From: Raja brachyura
Lineage: Eukaryota
Length of the DNA: 64,000 bases
Assembly: GCA_963514005.1 (NCBI GenBank)
Contig: OY740785.1
Location: 51,522,001-51,586,000 of the forward strand
Direction: 5' to 3'
Every line of letters begins with the position of its first letter. Within the stretch, counting starts at the first letter, position 1. The notes under the pieces were generated by a model. The model worked only from the letters and a program-made list of their open reading frames with translations, was not told where the DNA came from and did not search any database. Shown in pieces: positions 41,472 through 54,877 of this stretch. The position numbers and the translations under genes are program-made.

Positions 41472-43074
41472 GTAAGGCCCCTAAGTACATTACCTGTTGG
41501 TAGCCCAGGCACAGTTGCATAGATGGTTTCTGTGGATTTCAAAGTAACGCATGACAGGAGTCTGATGACCTGCTGTCTGCCTGACATGCCCAGTTTGAGT
41601 CTTGCACTCCACACTATGAGATGTGGGATGTTGGATGGGTCAGTAATTGCAGTATACAACTCGGAAGTGAGTGTAAAGAGAATGAAAACCAAGTTAGTTC
41701 AACCACTGGTACAGTTTTGGTTGTCCTGACCAATTGGAAAAGGGATGCTGTCAGATACAGTGAGCAACATATCCTAGTTATGCTGCAGCCCCTTAATCAT
41801 CAATCTCTGCATGACCTATGATGTTGTTAAGTGTGTGACTGACCACAAAGAAATTACAGCTGCACTAAAGTGAACTAATACAAGTGCTTGGGCCAAAATT
41901 CTAATGAGCAGAATATCACCTATAAATGATCACAAGTGTCCTTTACCACTAATAAAACTGTATGTATGTGATTTGCATATAGGCTTAGTTTAGTTCATTG
42001 TTGTGTTATTTTATGAAAATTAATGTGAAGTGATTCAAATTTGATAAAAATAAATAAACTGCCTTCACTTTCTCAAACAAAATAACATCACATTGTCACA
42101 CACAGTTAAGTTTGTTAAAAACACCAAAAGAATGTGGTACCAAAACAGCAATAGACCTCTTCCAATAATAAAATCATTTAAACGTACGTATATTTGTAAC
42201 AGAAAATTAGAGCAAGTACAGTGCATCTTTCATTTCCTGGGTCTTTTCTTTCTAGATATGCCCCGCAGATCTTATATAATGAGTCACTTTCTTTAGTGAA
42301 AAACGTACTGCTTGGTAATATGTTGAATGTAACATTGCAGACAAATACAATGGCTATTCTATGCCAGTACCAACTTGCAAGTAACAGTTAGCTAAAAGAC
42401 CTGGCAGTTTGTAAACAATTTTTTATATTTTTTAAAAATCAGTAGTATGTATAGCTAAAAATAAGTTGAAAGAATTATGGAAATGTTATGTGACATGTGA
42501 ACTGAATTGAATTTAACATGAAAACAAGCCTGAGATTTGTGAGGGTTGATTAAACCACACCTGTTGCTTTGAATGTAGGCAGTATATCAGCTTTGTGCAA
42601 CGTTCTTATATGCATGGTTTTTACATGCGCTTGGCTGCAGGATTTCATGAATGGTTAGCTTCACTTATTTCTGATCCTAAAAGAGAAGTACACCATGGCT
42701 TCAGCAAGTACTGCTGGGCATTCTGCCACTGAAGCTGACTAGGATAGCTGAGGAATGTTATTAAAAGGGCAATTTTCAGCTGTTGCATTGGTGGGCTTGG
42801 ATTGAGAAAGGTAAGTACAGCATCTTCATCCTCACAGAAAATGAGTGGTTGGGGCTATTAGGGGCTCCCAGCGTAGTTAAGCTTGGTGAAATTCATCCAC
42901 AAGTGCCACATTACATCAACTATATATCATACGTTTCAGAGTTTGTTTGATGCTCTACACCCTCTTACTTGGCTACCGGCAAGTTCTAACATTCATTATT
43001 TTGTCGTATATGCTGAACACAACACCAATGTAAAGTTGTACCCACATCTCATGGCTAACATAAATTATCAGCTA

Positions 43075-43265
43075 GAGAAACAAGGAACTGCAAATGCTGG
43101 AATCTTGAGCAAAACACAAAGTGCTGGAGGAATACAGAGATTCAAGCAGCATCTGTGGAGGGAATGGACCCCAAAGAGTCTGAAGCAGGGTCCTGACCCA
43201 AAACCTTGACTGTCCATTTCCTACACAGATGCTGCCTGATTTGTTGAATTCCTCCACCACTGTAG
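43075..43265. repeat. Penelope-derived palindromic repeat
   Basis: CAAGGAACTGCAAATGCTGG...CAGCATCTGTG / CAGATGCTG arms with a degenerate CTGAAGCAGGGTCCTGACCCAAAAC core. Confidence 0.65.
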
Positions 43266-44664
43266 TTTGCTCATAACTTATCAACTAATTAACCGAAACA
43301 GGAAATTCACAATAGCACACTTCCAACCGTACTTCCCTCAGCTTTGGAACATCGATCATGGAAACTGTAGCCTTGCTGCCATGGTACATGAAACTGAACG
43401 ACCTTCTCCTTCTGTGCAGCATTTAATGGTGGGGGGCAGTGGTGGGGTGGAATCCGTCAACAATTACGGTAATAAAAGGAAATGTTGGAAATGCTCAGCA
43501 GGTCCAGCAGAATCTGTGGGGGAAAAAACAAAGCTAATGTTACCAAGCAAGGGGTCATTAATATAATATAGGGGTCATTAATTAATATAGCCTTATGACA
43601 CAGTTCCTTGGGCCCATCTTGTCCATTCTGATCGAGATTTTAATCTGAGCTCCTTTCTGCCTGCATTGATTTGTATCCCTCTATGCCTTTCCAATCCACT
43701 TCTGATGTTTTGTTTCCATTTCTGAATTTTAGTATCTGTGACATCAGTTCTGTTGTGGTAGCATCCTCTAATCTTTCTCCTTGCATTCTATGTCCCTGTT
43801 CTCCACTATTTGTTCTGATTTAAACCTGGGTAAGTGTGTATCTTTTTCTCCCCCCCCCCCCCCCCCCCCCCCCCCCCATTCCTTAATACAGTATTCTCTG
43901 CAGATAGCCAAGAACTGCTAGGTACTTGCTGATAAATAAGTAAAGTGAGAGTTAAAATGAACATATGACTTTGCACTCTCAGCCTCCAAACCAGATAATG
44001 TGTGTAATTCAGAGGTAGAATCTGCATGCTGTGAGACATCAGGCATGAAGAGCATTTCGCAGATGCTAGCACCATGGAGGGTAAAGTACTGCATAACTTT
44101 TTCTGCAGAGATCCTACAATGAGAACTTTCAGAGGATCATTTACAGAGGAAGGCTGATGGATGTGAATAAAATGCCCGGTGCATTAATAGACCTGGCAGA
44201 AAACCTAGATGTATTGTGAAAGGATTTGGAAAATTAAAGTCTCAGCCTAACACAAGGCTTTATGCAAAGACTGCTGATCACTTTTTCTAGCAAAGAACTA
44301 GTGAGGAACCCTATTCGGATTCTTGTGTATCCAACTATATCACAGCCTCTAATTGCTGGTTTCACTTTATATTCCAGCACAAACAGCAGCCTCTGATTCG
44401 TAAAATACCGTGATTCCTATTCCCCAGAGACTAGGTGTTGTAGGATAAGTTGGGCATTTGACAAATAAGCTGCCAACACGTCTGTGGATAAATGTGAAAA
44501 GGGGTTTGCAGGATATAAGCAATCACTTCCTCTACTGGTTTCCACAGGTGCTCGCTGGTCTCAAAACTAGGCTCTCCTGCTGAGCCACTAATCAACTAAC
44601 AAAGTGTTTCATGCTAACTGGATATTACAAACATATTAACAAGGAAGGCACACAACATTTTTAA

Positions 44665-44990
44665 AACATAGAAGCATACAAAAATAGGTGCCATTCGGCC
44701 CTTCGAGCCAACACCGCCATTCAGTATGATCATGGCTGATCATCTAAAATCAGTACCCGTTACTGCTTTCTCCCATATCCCTTAATTCCTTTAGCCCTAA
44801 GAGCTAAATCTAAATCTCTCTTGAAAGCATCCAGTGAATTGGCCTCCACTGCCTTCTGTGGCAGTGAATTCCACAGATTCACAACTCTCTGGGTGAAGAA
44901 GCTTTTTCTCATCTCAGTACTAAATGGCCTACCCCTTATTCCAAAACTGTGACCCCTGGTTCTGGACTCCCCCAACATCTGGAACCTCTA
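44665..44990 (-). mobile_element. CR1 3' fragment
   Basis: ORF 44760..44978(-): GESRTRGHS..FFTQRVVNLWNSLP. Confidence 0.88.
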
Positions 44991-45154
44991 TCCTGCAATA
45001 CCTGTAGCCAGTTTTCATCATGTTACAACTTATTCACTTCTTTTATTTTTTAAATATTAGAAAATATTTTTATAACCGTATAACCATATAACAATTACAG
45101 CACGGAAACAGGCCATCTCGGCCCTTCAAGTCCGTGCCGAACAACTTTTTTCCC

Positions 45155-47985
45155 TTAGTCCCACCTGCCTGCACTCATACCATAACCCTCCATACCCTTC
45201 TCATCCATATGCCTATCCAATTTATTTTTAATTGATACCAACGAACCTGCCGCCACCACTTCCACTAGAAGCTCATTCCACACCGCTACCACTCTCTGAG
45301 TAAAGAAGTTCCCCCTCATGTTACCCCTAAACTTCTGTCCCTTAATTCTAAAGTCATGTCCTCTTGTTTGAATCTTCCCTATTCTCAAAGGGAAAAGCTT
45401 GTCCACATCAACTCTGTCTATCCCTCTCATCATTTTAAAGACCTCTATCAAGTCCCCCCTTAACCTTCCGCGCTCCAGAGAATAAAGACCTAACTTATTC
45501 AACCTATCTCTGTAACTTAGCTGTTGAAACCCCGGCAACATTCTAGTAAATCTCCTCTGTACCCTCTCTATTTTGTTGACATCCTTCCTATAATTGGGCG
45601 ACCAAAATTGTACACCATACTCCAGATTTGGTCTCACCAACGCCTTGTACAATTTTAACATTACATCCCAGCTTCTATACTCAATGCTCTGATTTATAAA
45701 GGCTAGCATACCAAAAACTTTCTTTACCACCCTATCTATATGAGATTCCACCTTCAAGGAACTATGCACGGTTATTCCCAGATCCCTCTGTTCAACTGTA
45801 TTCTTCAATTCCCTACCGTTTACAATGTACGTCCTATTTTGATTTGTCCTGCCAAGGTGTAGCACATCACATTTATCAGCATTAAACTCCATCTGCTATC
45901 TTTCAGCCCATTTTTCCAACTGGCCTAAATCACTCTGTAGACTTTGGAAATCCTCTTCATTATCCACAACACCCCCTATCTTGGTATCATCTGCATACTT
46001 ACTAATCCAATTTACCACCCCATCATCCAGATCATTGATGTACATGACAAACAACAAAGGACCCAACACAGATCCCTGAGGCACCCCACTAGTCACCTGC
46101 CTCCAACCCGACAAACAGCCATCCCCCATTACCCTCTGGCTTCTCCCATTCAGCCACTGTTGAATCCATCTTGTATTCCTGCATTTATACCCAACAGTTG
46201 AACCTTCTTAACCAACCTTCCATGAGGAACCTTGTCAAAGGCCTTACTGAAGTCCATATAGACAACATCCACCGCTTTACCCTCGTCAATTTCCCTAGTA
46301 ACCGCTTCAAAAAATTCAAGAAGATTAGTCAAACATGACCTTCCAGGCATAAATCCATGTTGACTGTTCCTAATTAGACCCTCTTTATCCAGATACTTAT
46401 ATATATTATCTCTAAGTATCTTTTCCATTAATTTGCCCACCACTGAAGTCAAACTAACCGGTCTATAATTGCTAGGTTTACTTTTAGAACCCTTTTTAAA
46501 CAATGGAACAACATGCGCAGTACGCCAATCCTCGGGGACTATTCCCCTTTCTAATGACATTTGAAATATTTCTGTCATAGCCCGGCTATTTCTACACTAA
46601 CTTCCCTCAATGTCCTAGAGAATATCCTGTCAGGACCTGGAGACTTATCCACTTTTATATTTTTCAAAAGTGTCAGTACTTCTTTTAGTTTGAAACTCAT
46701 AGTATCCATAGCTACTCTACTAGTTTCCCTTACCTCACATAATTCAATATCCTTCTCCTTGGTGAATACCGAAGAAAAGAAATTGTTCAATATCTCCCCC
46801 ATCTCTTTTGGCTCTGCAGATAGCTGTCCACTCGGTCTCTCTAATGGACCAATTTTATCCCTTGTTATCCTTTTGCTATTAATATAGCTGTAGAAACCCT
46901 TTGGATTTACTTTCACCTTACTTGCCAAAGCAACCTCATATCTTCTTTTAGCTTTTCTAATTTCTTTCTTAAGATTCTTTTTACATTCCTTATACTCCTC
47001 AAGCACCTCATTTACTTCATGCTGCCTATAATTATTGTAGATCTTCCTCTTTTTCCGAACAAGATGTCCAATTTCCCTTGAAAACCAGGGCTCTTTCCAA
47101 TTTTTACTGGTTCATTTCAACCGAACAGGAACATAAAGATTCTGTACTCTTAAAAATTTCCCCTTTAAATGTCCTCCATTTCTCCTCTACATCTTTCCCA
47201 TAAAACAAAATGTCCCAGTTCACTCCTTTTAAATCATCTCGCATCTCGTTAAAGTTAGCCTTTCTCCAATCAAAAATCTCAACCCTAGGCCCAGTTCTGT
47301 CCTTCTCCATAATTATATTGAAACTAATGGTATTGTGATCACTGGACCCGAAGTGCCCCCCAATGCATACCTCCGCCACCTGTCCCGTCTCATTTCCTAA
47401 CAGGAGGTCCAGCACTGCCCCTCCTCTAGTAGGCACCTCTATGTATTGCTGCAAAAAACTATCCTGCACACATTTTACAAACTCCAAACCATCCAGCCCA
47501 TTTACCGAATGTGTTTCCCAGTCTATGTGTGGAAAGTTGAAATCTCCCACAATCACTACCTTGTGCTTACTACTAATATCAGTAGTAATATCTGCTATCT
47601 CCTTACATATTTACTCTTCCAATTCTCGTTCCCCATTTGGCGGTCTATAATATACCCCTATAAGTGTTGCTACACCTTTCCCACTTCTCAGTTCCACCCA
47701 AATAGCCTCCCTAGATGAGCCCTCCAATCTATCCTGCCAAAGCACTGCTGTAATATATTCCCTGACTAGCAATGCAACATCTCCACCTCTTGCCCCTCCA
47801 ATTCTATCACACCTGAAGCAACGAAATCCTGGAATATTTAGTTTCCAATCATAGCCCTCCTGCAACCATGTTTCACTGATCGCCACAACATCATACTTCC
47901 AGGTGTCTATCCAGACTCTAAGCTCATCCACCTTTCTTACAATGCTCCTAGCATTAAAATATGCACATTTAAGAAACCCCCCCAT
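45155..47985 (-). pseudogene. CR1 ORF2 (APE endonuclease plus reverse transcriptase), frameshifted
   Basis: NARS, ISETW, YRPP, GDFN, SDH, KSPGPD, YRPVSLTS, DFSKAFD, GVPQGSVLGP, YADD. Confidence 0.95.
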
Positions 47986-48216
47986 CTCTTATTCTCTGTT
48001 TATTTCCTTTTCTTTCATCCTCCTCTTGTGTCCGAGTGCTTCCCTTTTCTGCTTCCTGCCTCCCATTCTGTCTACTAGCTTTTGCTATTTGCATCCCTCG
48101 CCCCAACCATTCTAGTTTAAAGTCTCCCCAGTGGCCTTTGCAAATTTCCCCACCAGGATATTGGTCCCCCTCGGGTTCAAGTGCAACCTATCCTTTCTGT
48201 ACAGGTCCCACCTACC

Positions 48217-48975
48217 CTAAAAGAAGTCCCAATAATCCAGAAACTTGAATCCCTGCCCTCTGCACCAGTCTTTCAGCCAAGCATTTATCCTCCACCTTGC
48301 TCCATTTCTACTCTCACTGTCACGTGGCACAGGCAGTAATCCTGAGATTGTTACCTTTTTGGTCCTTTTCCTCAACTCTCCTCCCAAGTCCTTAAATCCT
48401 CCCTTCAGGACCTCTTCCCTTTTTTTACCGATGTCATTGGTACCTATATGTACCACGACCTCAGGCTCCTCTCCCTCTGATTTGAGGATATCTTGGACAC
48501 GTTTAGACACGTCCAAGACCTTGGCACCAGGGAGGTAGACCACCATCCTGGTCTCCCGACTGCGTCCACAGAATCGCCTATCCGACCCCCTAACAATAGA
48601 GTCCCCAATTACTATTGCCCTCCTCTTTTTTTCCCTACCTTTCGGAGCAACAGGGCCGGCCTCTGTGCTGAAGGCCCGTCCGCTGTCGCTACCCCCGGGT
48701 AGGCTGTCACCCCCATCCGTACTCAAACAGGAGTACTTATTTGCCAGGTGTACTGACATTGGAGTATTCACTCGTTCATGCCTCTGCCCCTTGCCCTTCC
48801 TTAGCGTGACCCACATGTCTCTCTCCTGTGGTTTTGGAGTGACCACCTCCCTACAACTCTCCTCTATCACCTTTTCACTCTCCCTGACCAGGCAGAGGTC
48901 ATCGAGCTGCTGCTCCAGGATCCTAATACGGTCCCTTAGGAGCCCCATCTCTCTGCACCTGATGCAGATGTGGAC
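48217..48975 (-). pseudogene. CR1 ORF1 (zinc finger/coiled coil plus SGNH esterase domain), partial
   Basis: HICIRC..LLRDRIRILEQQL, IVIGDSIVRG and VVHIGTND motifs. Confidence 0.9.
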
Positions 48976-49752
48976 GTCAAGAGGGCCATCCGGGCCTCTT
49001 TATGTTAAAATTCTGAATGTATTTTTATGCAAATTGCAATGCCATAATTGCTGGCCAGGTGTAACATCAGCCAGCAGAAGAAATATCAATTCACGGTAAT
49101 TAACGGCATTGTGGGCAATGATGTGTATAAAAATTAACATTAATTAAAAATTTAGCCTTACATAAAACTGAAAAAAAAAATGTGTGTTTTGAGCCTTGAA
49201 ATTATCTTTACAACCGTTTCTCTTGTGACATTGTAATAAATTGGATTTGATGAATGTTGAAAATGTAGTGAAAAAATAGATTAGGTTTGTAAATTCAGTA
49301 ACATACACAAATGTTGAAATTAAAAGTGAGTGCAAATTTAAATTATTTAGTTTATCCATTTATTGGGCTAAGTGCTGTTTCAGAAAAAACAAGCAGCAAA
49401 TACTGGAAATCCAAAATGTATAGTAAATAATAATGGCCAAGATACTCAGCATTTCCAGGAGCATCTGTGGAGATGGAAGCAGTTTTGGGTCATTGACCTG
49501 ACCCAAAATGGTGATACTGAAATGAACTAGTAAGATTAAACGAGAACTTACCAGTTTGAAGTTTGATCTTTATTTTATGAGGAGTTGCGATGAGGGATTT
49601 CGTGAAGAACCCGCCAGCACGCATGCGCGACATTCTTCAAAGCAGCGGTGTGGAATCACAGAAACAACAACCAAAGAAATGACTTGTTATGGTAAGATTA
49701 AAGAGACTCTAGTTACCAGTTGACTTTATGATCGAGGGTTGGGAGCGGAGGG

Positions 49753-49865
49753 CACGAAATCCCTCATCACAACTCCTCATAAAATAAAGATCAAACTTCA
49801 AACTGGTAAGTTCTCGTTTAATCTTACTATTTCATTTCGGAGTCACATGAGTGACTTTGTGAAGA
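49753..49865. repeat. DIRS internal complementary region (ICR)
   Basis: 49753-49829 is the reverse complement of 49528-49604 (1 mismatch); 49828-49865 is the reverse complement of 54698-54735 (1 mismatch). Confidence 0.93.
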
Positions 49866-50011
49866 CTTCAAAGCTCTGTGATTTCATGCCCTGGACAACG
49901 TCCATGCTGTCACACACGCCACTGTAAGGATGGACAGGAGTAATCAAATTTTCAGACTGCTTATTCTGAAAAATAATAATATTTATTAATAATAACAAAA
50001 AGAAAAACCCC

Positions 50012-50991
50012 TCACTGGGGAGTAGTCGTATGTTCTCGGCCTGCATTCAGCACGGCTTCTGCGAACATTCCAGGAGCGGTAACAGGTTTATTATAAAACC
50101 GCTGAAAGGTGGCTTCACTGGCCCATCCCGCTGTGGCAAGAATATGGTCCATGGGCACCTCCATGACCTTTGCCGCCGACGTTGATGCAGCCCTGGTGGA
50201 ATGGGATTTAAAAACATTAGTATCAATACCTGCTTCGTTCAAAACGATCCTGAGCCATCTGGAGATTGTCTGTACCGTCACTCTATGGTGAGGTTTTTTG
50301 TGGCTAATTAGCAGGTATTGCTCCATTCCCCTTAATTTCCGCGTCACTCTAATATAGTGGCGGATATGGGTGGCTAAACATAGCCTAGCATCAGCGGGGT
50401 ATGCTGGAAACACCAGCTGCAGCCCTGTGAATCCAGGTCTATGCTGCTTAAGCAATTCATCAACGAAGAAAATAACCTTCTCTGGGGTAGAGATCATTCT
50501 GTCAATCTTGACCTTGTGAAGAGTCTGTACCCTTTGTGCCGAAGTCAGTGCCAATAACATCACCAGCTTCAGGGTGAGTTTGTCCAATTCAAGCCCAGCC
50601 ATGGGCGACCACGTCCTGAGTAGGGTCAGTACTTTCCCAATGTCCCAGGTGATGTTGGGGTCTTGGCGGGTTGGAATTAAATATTCCCCGCATCAGTTTG
50701 GACACCAGTTTATTGGATCCTACCTCAATATTGAGGTAGGATGATAGTGCACTCCTGGCGCTATTGATGGCACTGTAGGTGTTCGTCATGGTGTAACCCC
50801 GCAAGGAATTCCAGCACATCTGTGATTGAAACGGAGTCATATGCAATGTCCAAGCGGCCGCAGTAGGTTTCCCATTTTCTGATGTGCGATAAATATTGCC
50901 GTCTTGTGGACTCCCTGCATGATGCTCCCATGGTATCCATAGTCCTTGATGAGAGACCATACTGCAGTAATGGTCTGTTCAAATCCTGCAA
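50012..50991 (-). pseudogene. DIRS tyrosine recombinase, frameshifted
   Basis: LTSAQRVQTL (catalytic R), HSTR, AGW...FQRFY (catalytic Y); N-terminal core-binding region YSAINSARSALS. Confidence 0.92.
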
Positions 50992-52772
50992 GCCAATAAA
51001 TTCAAGTGACTATGGCAGTGATGTGGTTCCCCTGTAACAGGGTTCGTCACCAATTGTGGGCAACCCTCTAAGAGGACCCATGGTTGACTGATCATACCAA
51101 GGACCACCGGATACCATGACTGAGTAGGCCAGTCGGGTATGATAAGAATGCCATTAGCAGCATCTAGCTGGATTTTCCGCCTGACTGATGAGGCAAAATG
51201 GAGGAAATGCATAGAAAAACCATTTCCCCCAATCTAGCGAGAAAGCGTCCATCGCTATTGCCCCAGGATCTGGTTCCCATGATACGTATGTTGGTACCTG
51301 ATGGTTCAACCGTGACGCAAAAAGGTCAATATCCGGTTTACCAAATTTGGCTGTAATTTTGGCGAATATTTGGGGATTCAACATCCACTCGATGTTGTCA
51401 TTAAATTTCCGTGACCTGTTGTCCGCCACTGTGTTGAGCTTACCTGGTAAATAGGTAGCTGAAATCCAAATATTCCATTGTATGCACCAGAGCCAAATTG
51501 TATTAGCCAATTCATCACATGAAATTGACCTGGTACCGCCCATATGATTTAGATATGCCACCGCAGTGGTGTTGTCTATTTGGAGACGGACATGAGTGTC
51601 AGTAATGTTTGAACAATAAGCTCTAAGTCCGTGGAATGCCCCTAGCATCTCCAAATAGTTTATCCCTTGTGCTAACAAAAGGGTAGATTCAAGTGAGTCC
51701 CATCTGCCCCCACAACTAGTGTTGTTGTCCGTAGCTCCCCAGCCATGGGAGCTTGCGTCTGTTTGTAAGTATACCACCGGACGAGGCACAATGATGGGTT
51801 TGAATGAGTTATGGATCCGAATTGAGCAGCTGGAAAAACTGCTACGATTTCTCCAATTACCTTAGCAGTTTGTCTGATTGATGGTATACTGGCGCAGACC
51901 AGATTCTTGCATGCTTGAAAGACATCCCCAACTTTGTTAGTTGGTATGGTGGCAATCATGCGATTGGAATCTACCGTGAACCCCAGATAGTCCATGATCT
52001 GTGAAGGACAGAACTTTGATTTATCTGGATGGATAATAAATCCCATTTTTTGAAATATTTCCACAGTGGCTGAAACTGCCAATTTCGCTGACTCCAGTGT
52101 ATGCCCAATAATTAGGATATCATCCAGATAAGCCATGACCGTATGATTTTGCCTCCTCAGTGTTGCTAGCACTGGCTTGAGTAATTTGGTAAACAGTCTG
52201 GGGGCTGTGGTAAGCCCATTGGGCAAAGCTTTGTATTGCCAAAGTTGATCCATCCATGTAAATTTCAAGAACTTCCTGATGTTTCTGAATGGATACTGAA
52301 TAGTATGCATCTTTTAAATCAATGCATGCCATGAAGCAGCCCTTAGAAATCAAAGATTTGGCTGTTTCGAACGTGTCCATTTTGAAATGGGTATATTTTA
52401 CAAAGGTATTCAAATGGATTAGATCTATAATGACCCGACATCCACCATCTTTTTGGTTTTTGTAAATATATTAGATACAAATTCAATTGGTTCATGTGTA
52501 GTTCTTTCTATCACGCCTTTCTCTTGTAGTCTCAAGATTTCAGCATAGCCTACTGCTGTTTCCTTCCTGGAAAGTGCAAATTTGCGATTCGGCATATGCT
52601 GAGGTGGAGGAATTTGGCCATTTATGAACTCAATCTCATAGCCCTGAATACTTTGTAAGATAAACTCATCTGAGGTGATGGTTTCCCATGCCTCCTTAAA
52701 CCCCCGTAGTCTACCCCCAACATGTGAGGTTAGACTTGCAAGTGCATGGAATCCAGACCGCCTTACCTTCAT
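50979..52772 (-). pseudogene. DIRS RT - RNase H - DNA adenine methyltransferase-like ORF, frameshifted
   Basis: VGGRL..F..W, DLKDAY, LPNGL..APR.FTK, YLDD; TDAS..GWGA, INYLE, DNTTAV, ADxxSR; DLFAS ... YAFPPF. Confidence 0.93.
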
Positions 52773-54532
52773 GGTTATCGGTGGTCCCTGACGTGTGTTT
52801 GGTGGGACGTGGAGGTGCTGGGTTGCGCTGGTAATGTGGAAACCGCATTTTCCATGCTGGCCGTTGAGGGCCTAGCCCTAAAAAAGGCCTGGGTTGTTGA
52901 GGCTGTTGGTATAGAGGAGGTGCCGGAACGTAGGTCCTTGCTGGCCTTTCGGTTTGACCTCGTGGCCTGAAAAAAGGTGTTTTCTTGGCCGTTTGTCTGG
53001 TCAAGGTGTGTGACCTCATAAGACCCACTGTCTTGGCATTGTCATCTAAATCTTTGACCTGCTTCGGGAGGTCTTCTCCGAATAGCTGTCTGGGTGGTGG
53101 TGTTGGAGGTGCTCTGCATAGCCCCGCAAATTTGGGGTTTAATGTAGGCTTGATGATGCTTTTCCTAAAAGCATTGATCTCATATTGCGTATTGCAAAGT
53201 AGCGCCAGAGCATCCTCCTGTTCGGTGTTCAAGTCCACTCCATCCACCGACCTCGCAAACGCGGTAATCCCAGATGTGAGTAATTTCAGGATTCTTTGCA
53301 ATTTTACTTCCTGAGCTCTAATGCCCGGGCTGATATTGCCCCAAATTGGCATGTTCACAATAGGCACATTGAGCGAGTTGCAATTACCCGGTGCCTTGTG
53401 TCTGTCCATGGCCTTCGCAAGGACCTCCTCCTGTAGCTGATGGTTGGTGAGGAAATCTATGGTAGCAGCCAGCTTGGTATTGAGGGGTTGTCCCGATGAT
53501 ACGGGTAATCCAAACTTGGCTGCCACGTCCAGGAGCTCTTTCTGGGGAACCTCAGGTGCTACTGGAGCATGTACCAAGATCTCCTCTTCTTCTGGCCTCA
53601 TGCTATCCATGGATGATGGGGATATATCCATGAGTCCCCTGGAACTATGTGTTTCCCGCCTTTGATTTTGCAGGACTTGTTCCAAAATCCTCTCCATCCG
53701 ATCTATGCGCCCTTCATCGTGCGTGAATGGGCGGTCAGTCCTCATGCCCGAAGGAACTTCTGAGGCTCCTATCATCGGCCCGTACCTCGTCGAGGTAATA
53801 TCGGTGCCGTGACGATAAGTCGCTACCAGCCACCTCAGCGAAACTGAACAACTCCCGCGCGGATCTGCTCAAACGCCTTCTTTTGGCTGAGCTAAATCCG
53901 GCTGCCTCTGAGGGCATATGCGGTGAGAAGTCGGCACCCAACGCCGCAGCGTGGTGACCCGACATTCGCGCGGGCTTGCCGACTGTCCTTTTCCTGGACC
54001 CAGACGGCGTACGGTCCCGTCCCGCCCCGGTGAGCGGTGACCGTGGCGAGACTCCACCTGTGTGACTCCTCCTGGTCCAACTAGGTGGTGAGTCTCCACT
54101 GGCCCTTCCTGGTCTGCCAGTGGACTCGGGTCTCGCTGATTCACCAGGCCGCAATCTTGCGGCTCCTAGTGAAACCTCAGCCCGAAAAGGGCTAGGTTGT
54201 CGAGCTCTATCCCTGGCTCCTCCATGAGGGCTCAGGGAGAAGGGCCGTGCAGCAGCACGTGAACCCCGTTTGCTCGTCTCTGCCAACGATCCTGTTGGCG
54301 ATAATGAAATGGAGTCAGGGTCTACCTGCTCCGGCGCTGTACCGACTTCTTGCTCTGCGGGAACCCCGCTAGTGCTCAGCTGTGTCGGTGATTCGGGTCC
54401 TGTGACTACAGGGCTCCCCGATTTGCGCGCCTTTTTCCCGGCCCGTCCAACGGGTGCTGTAGAAGGGAGCTCCGGGATAGTTGGCCGGCAACTCCTTCCG
54501 GATGTCCTGCGGCCCGTACTCCTCTTGTCCAT
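52711..54532 (-). pseudogene. DIRS ORF1 (gag-like), split into overlapping 265-aa and 354-aa frames
   Basis: Position 5' of RT; S/R/P-rich N-terminus; PxNC..L.VP.VN..IW and LFGEDL motifs of DIRS ORF1; overlaps the start of the RT ORF. Confidence 0.8.
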
Positions 54533-54877
54533 GTCCCTGTTGGAGAGAAAATATACTCAAAACAGGAACAACCAGCTCAAGGTTGTCTATACTTACCTGA
54601 GTGGCCCTTATGAAGGGCTGGTGGTGAGCCGCGCTCCACCTCCAGCCGTCGACTGCAAATGCGAGCGACGATATGTCGCGCATGCGTGCTGGCGGGTTCT
54701 TCACAAAGTCACTCACGTGACTCCGAAATGAAATACATAGAACTATTCAAGTACTACACAGAGCTCTCATCAAACTCATATAAAAATTATATTTATACGG
54801 AATATATTGGAAACATTGTGCAATTATTATAAATATCTCGTAAAGCGATATGAAAGTCTGAACCCTGTGCTTTTGAC

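Larger units (their letters stand above)
45070..48995 (-). mobile_element. Near full-length CR1 LINE, 5'-truncated within ORF1
   Basis: ORF1, endonuclease and RT are contiguous and in order; 3' (TATAACCA)-like tail at ~45070-45095. Confidence 0.96.
49528..54735 (-). mobile_element. Structurally complete DIRS1-group tyrosine-recombinase retrotransposon
   Basis: Inverted repeats near both termini (49602-49633 and 54673-54704); internal complementary region 49753-49865 matching both outer ends; gag, RT, RNase H, MTase-like and YR domains in order; no conventional TSD. Confidence 0.96.

Noticed and set aside
42660-42816. Perfect donor AAG|GTAAGT at 42811 with a short upstream ATG ORF
   Set aside because: ORF stops after 15 codons with no SYTL similarity; an alternative first exon is possible but unsupported.
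48217-48948. SGNH/GDSL esterase ORF as a host gene
   Set aside because: It is CR1 ORF1, directly upstream of the endonuclease-RT ORF.
51154-51340. DNA adenine methyltransferase-like motifs as a bacterial or phage gene
   Set aside because: A standard domain downstream of RNase H in DIRS1 elements; not contamination or novelty.
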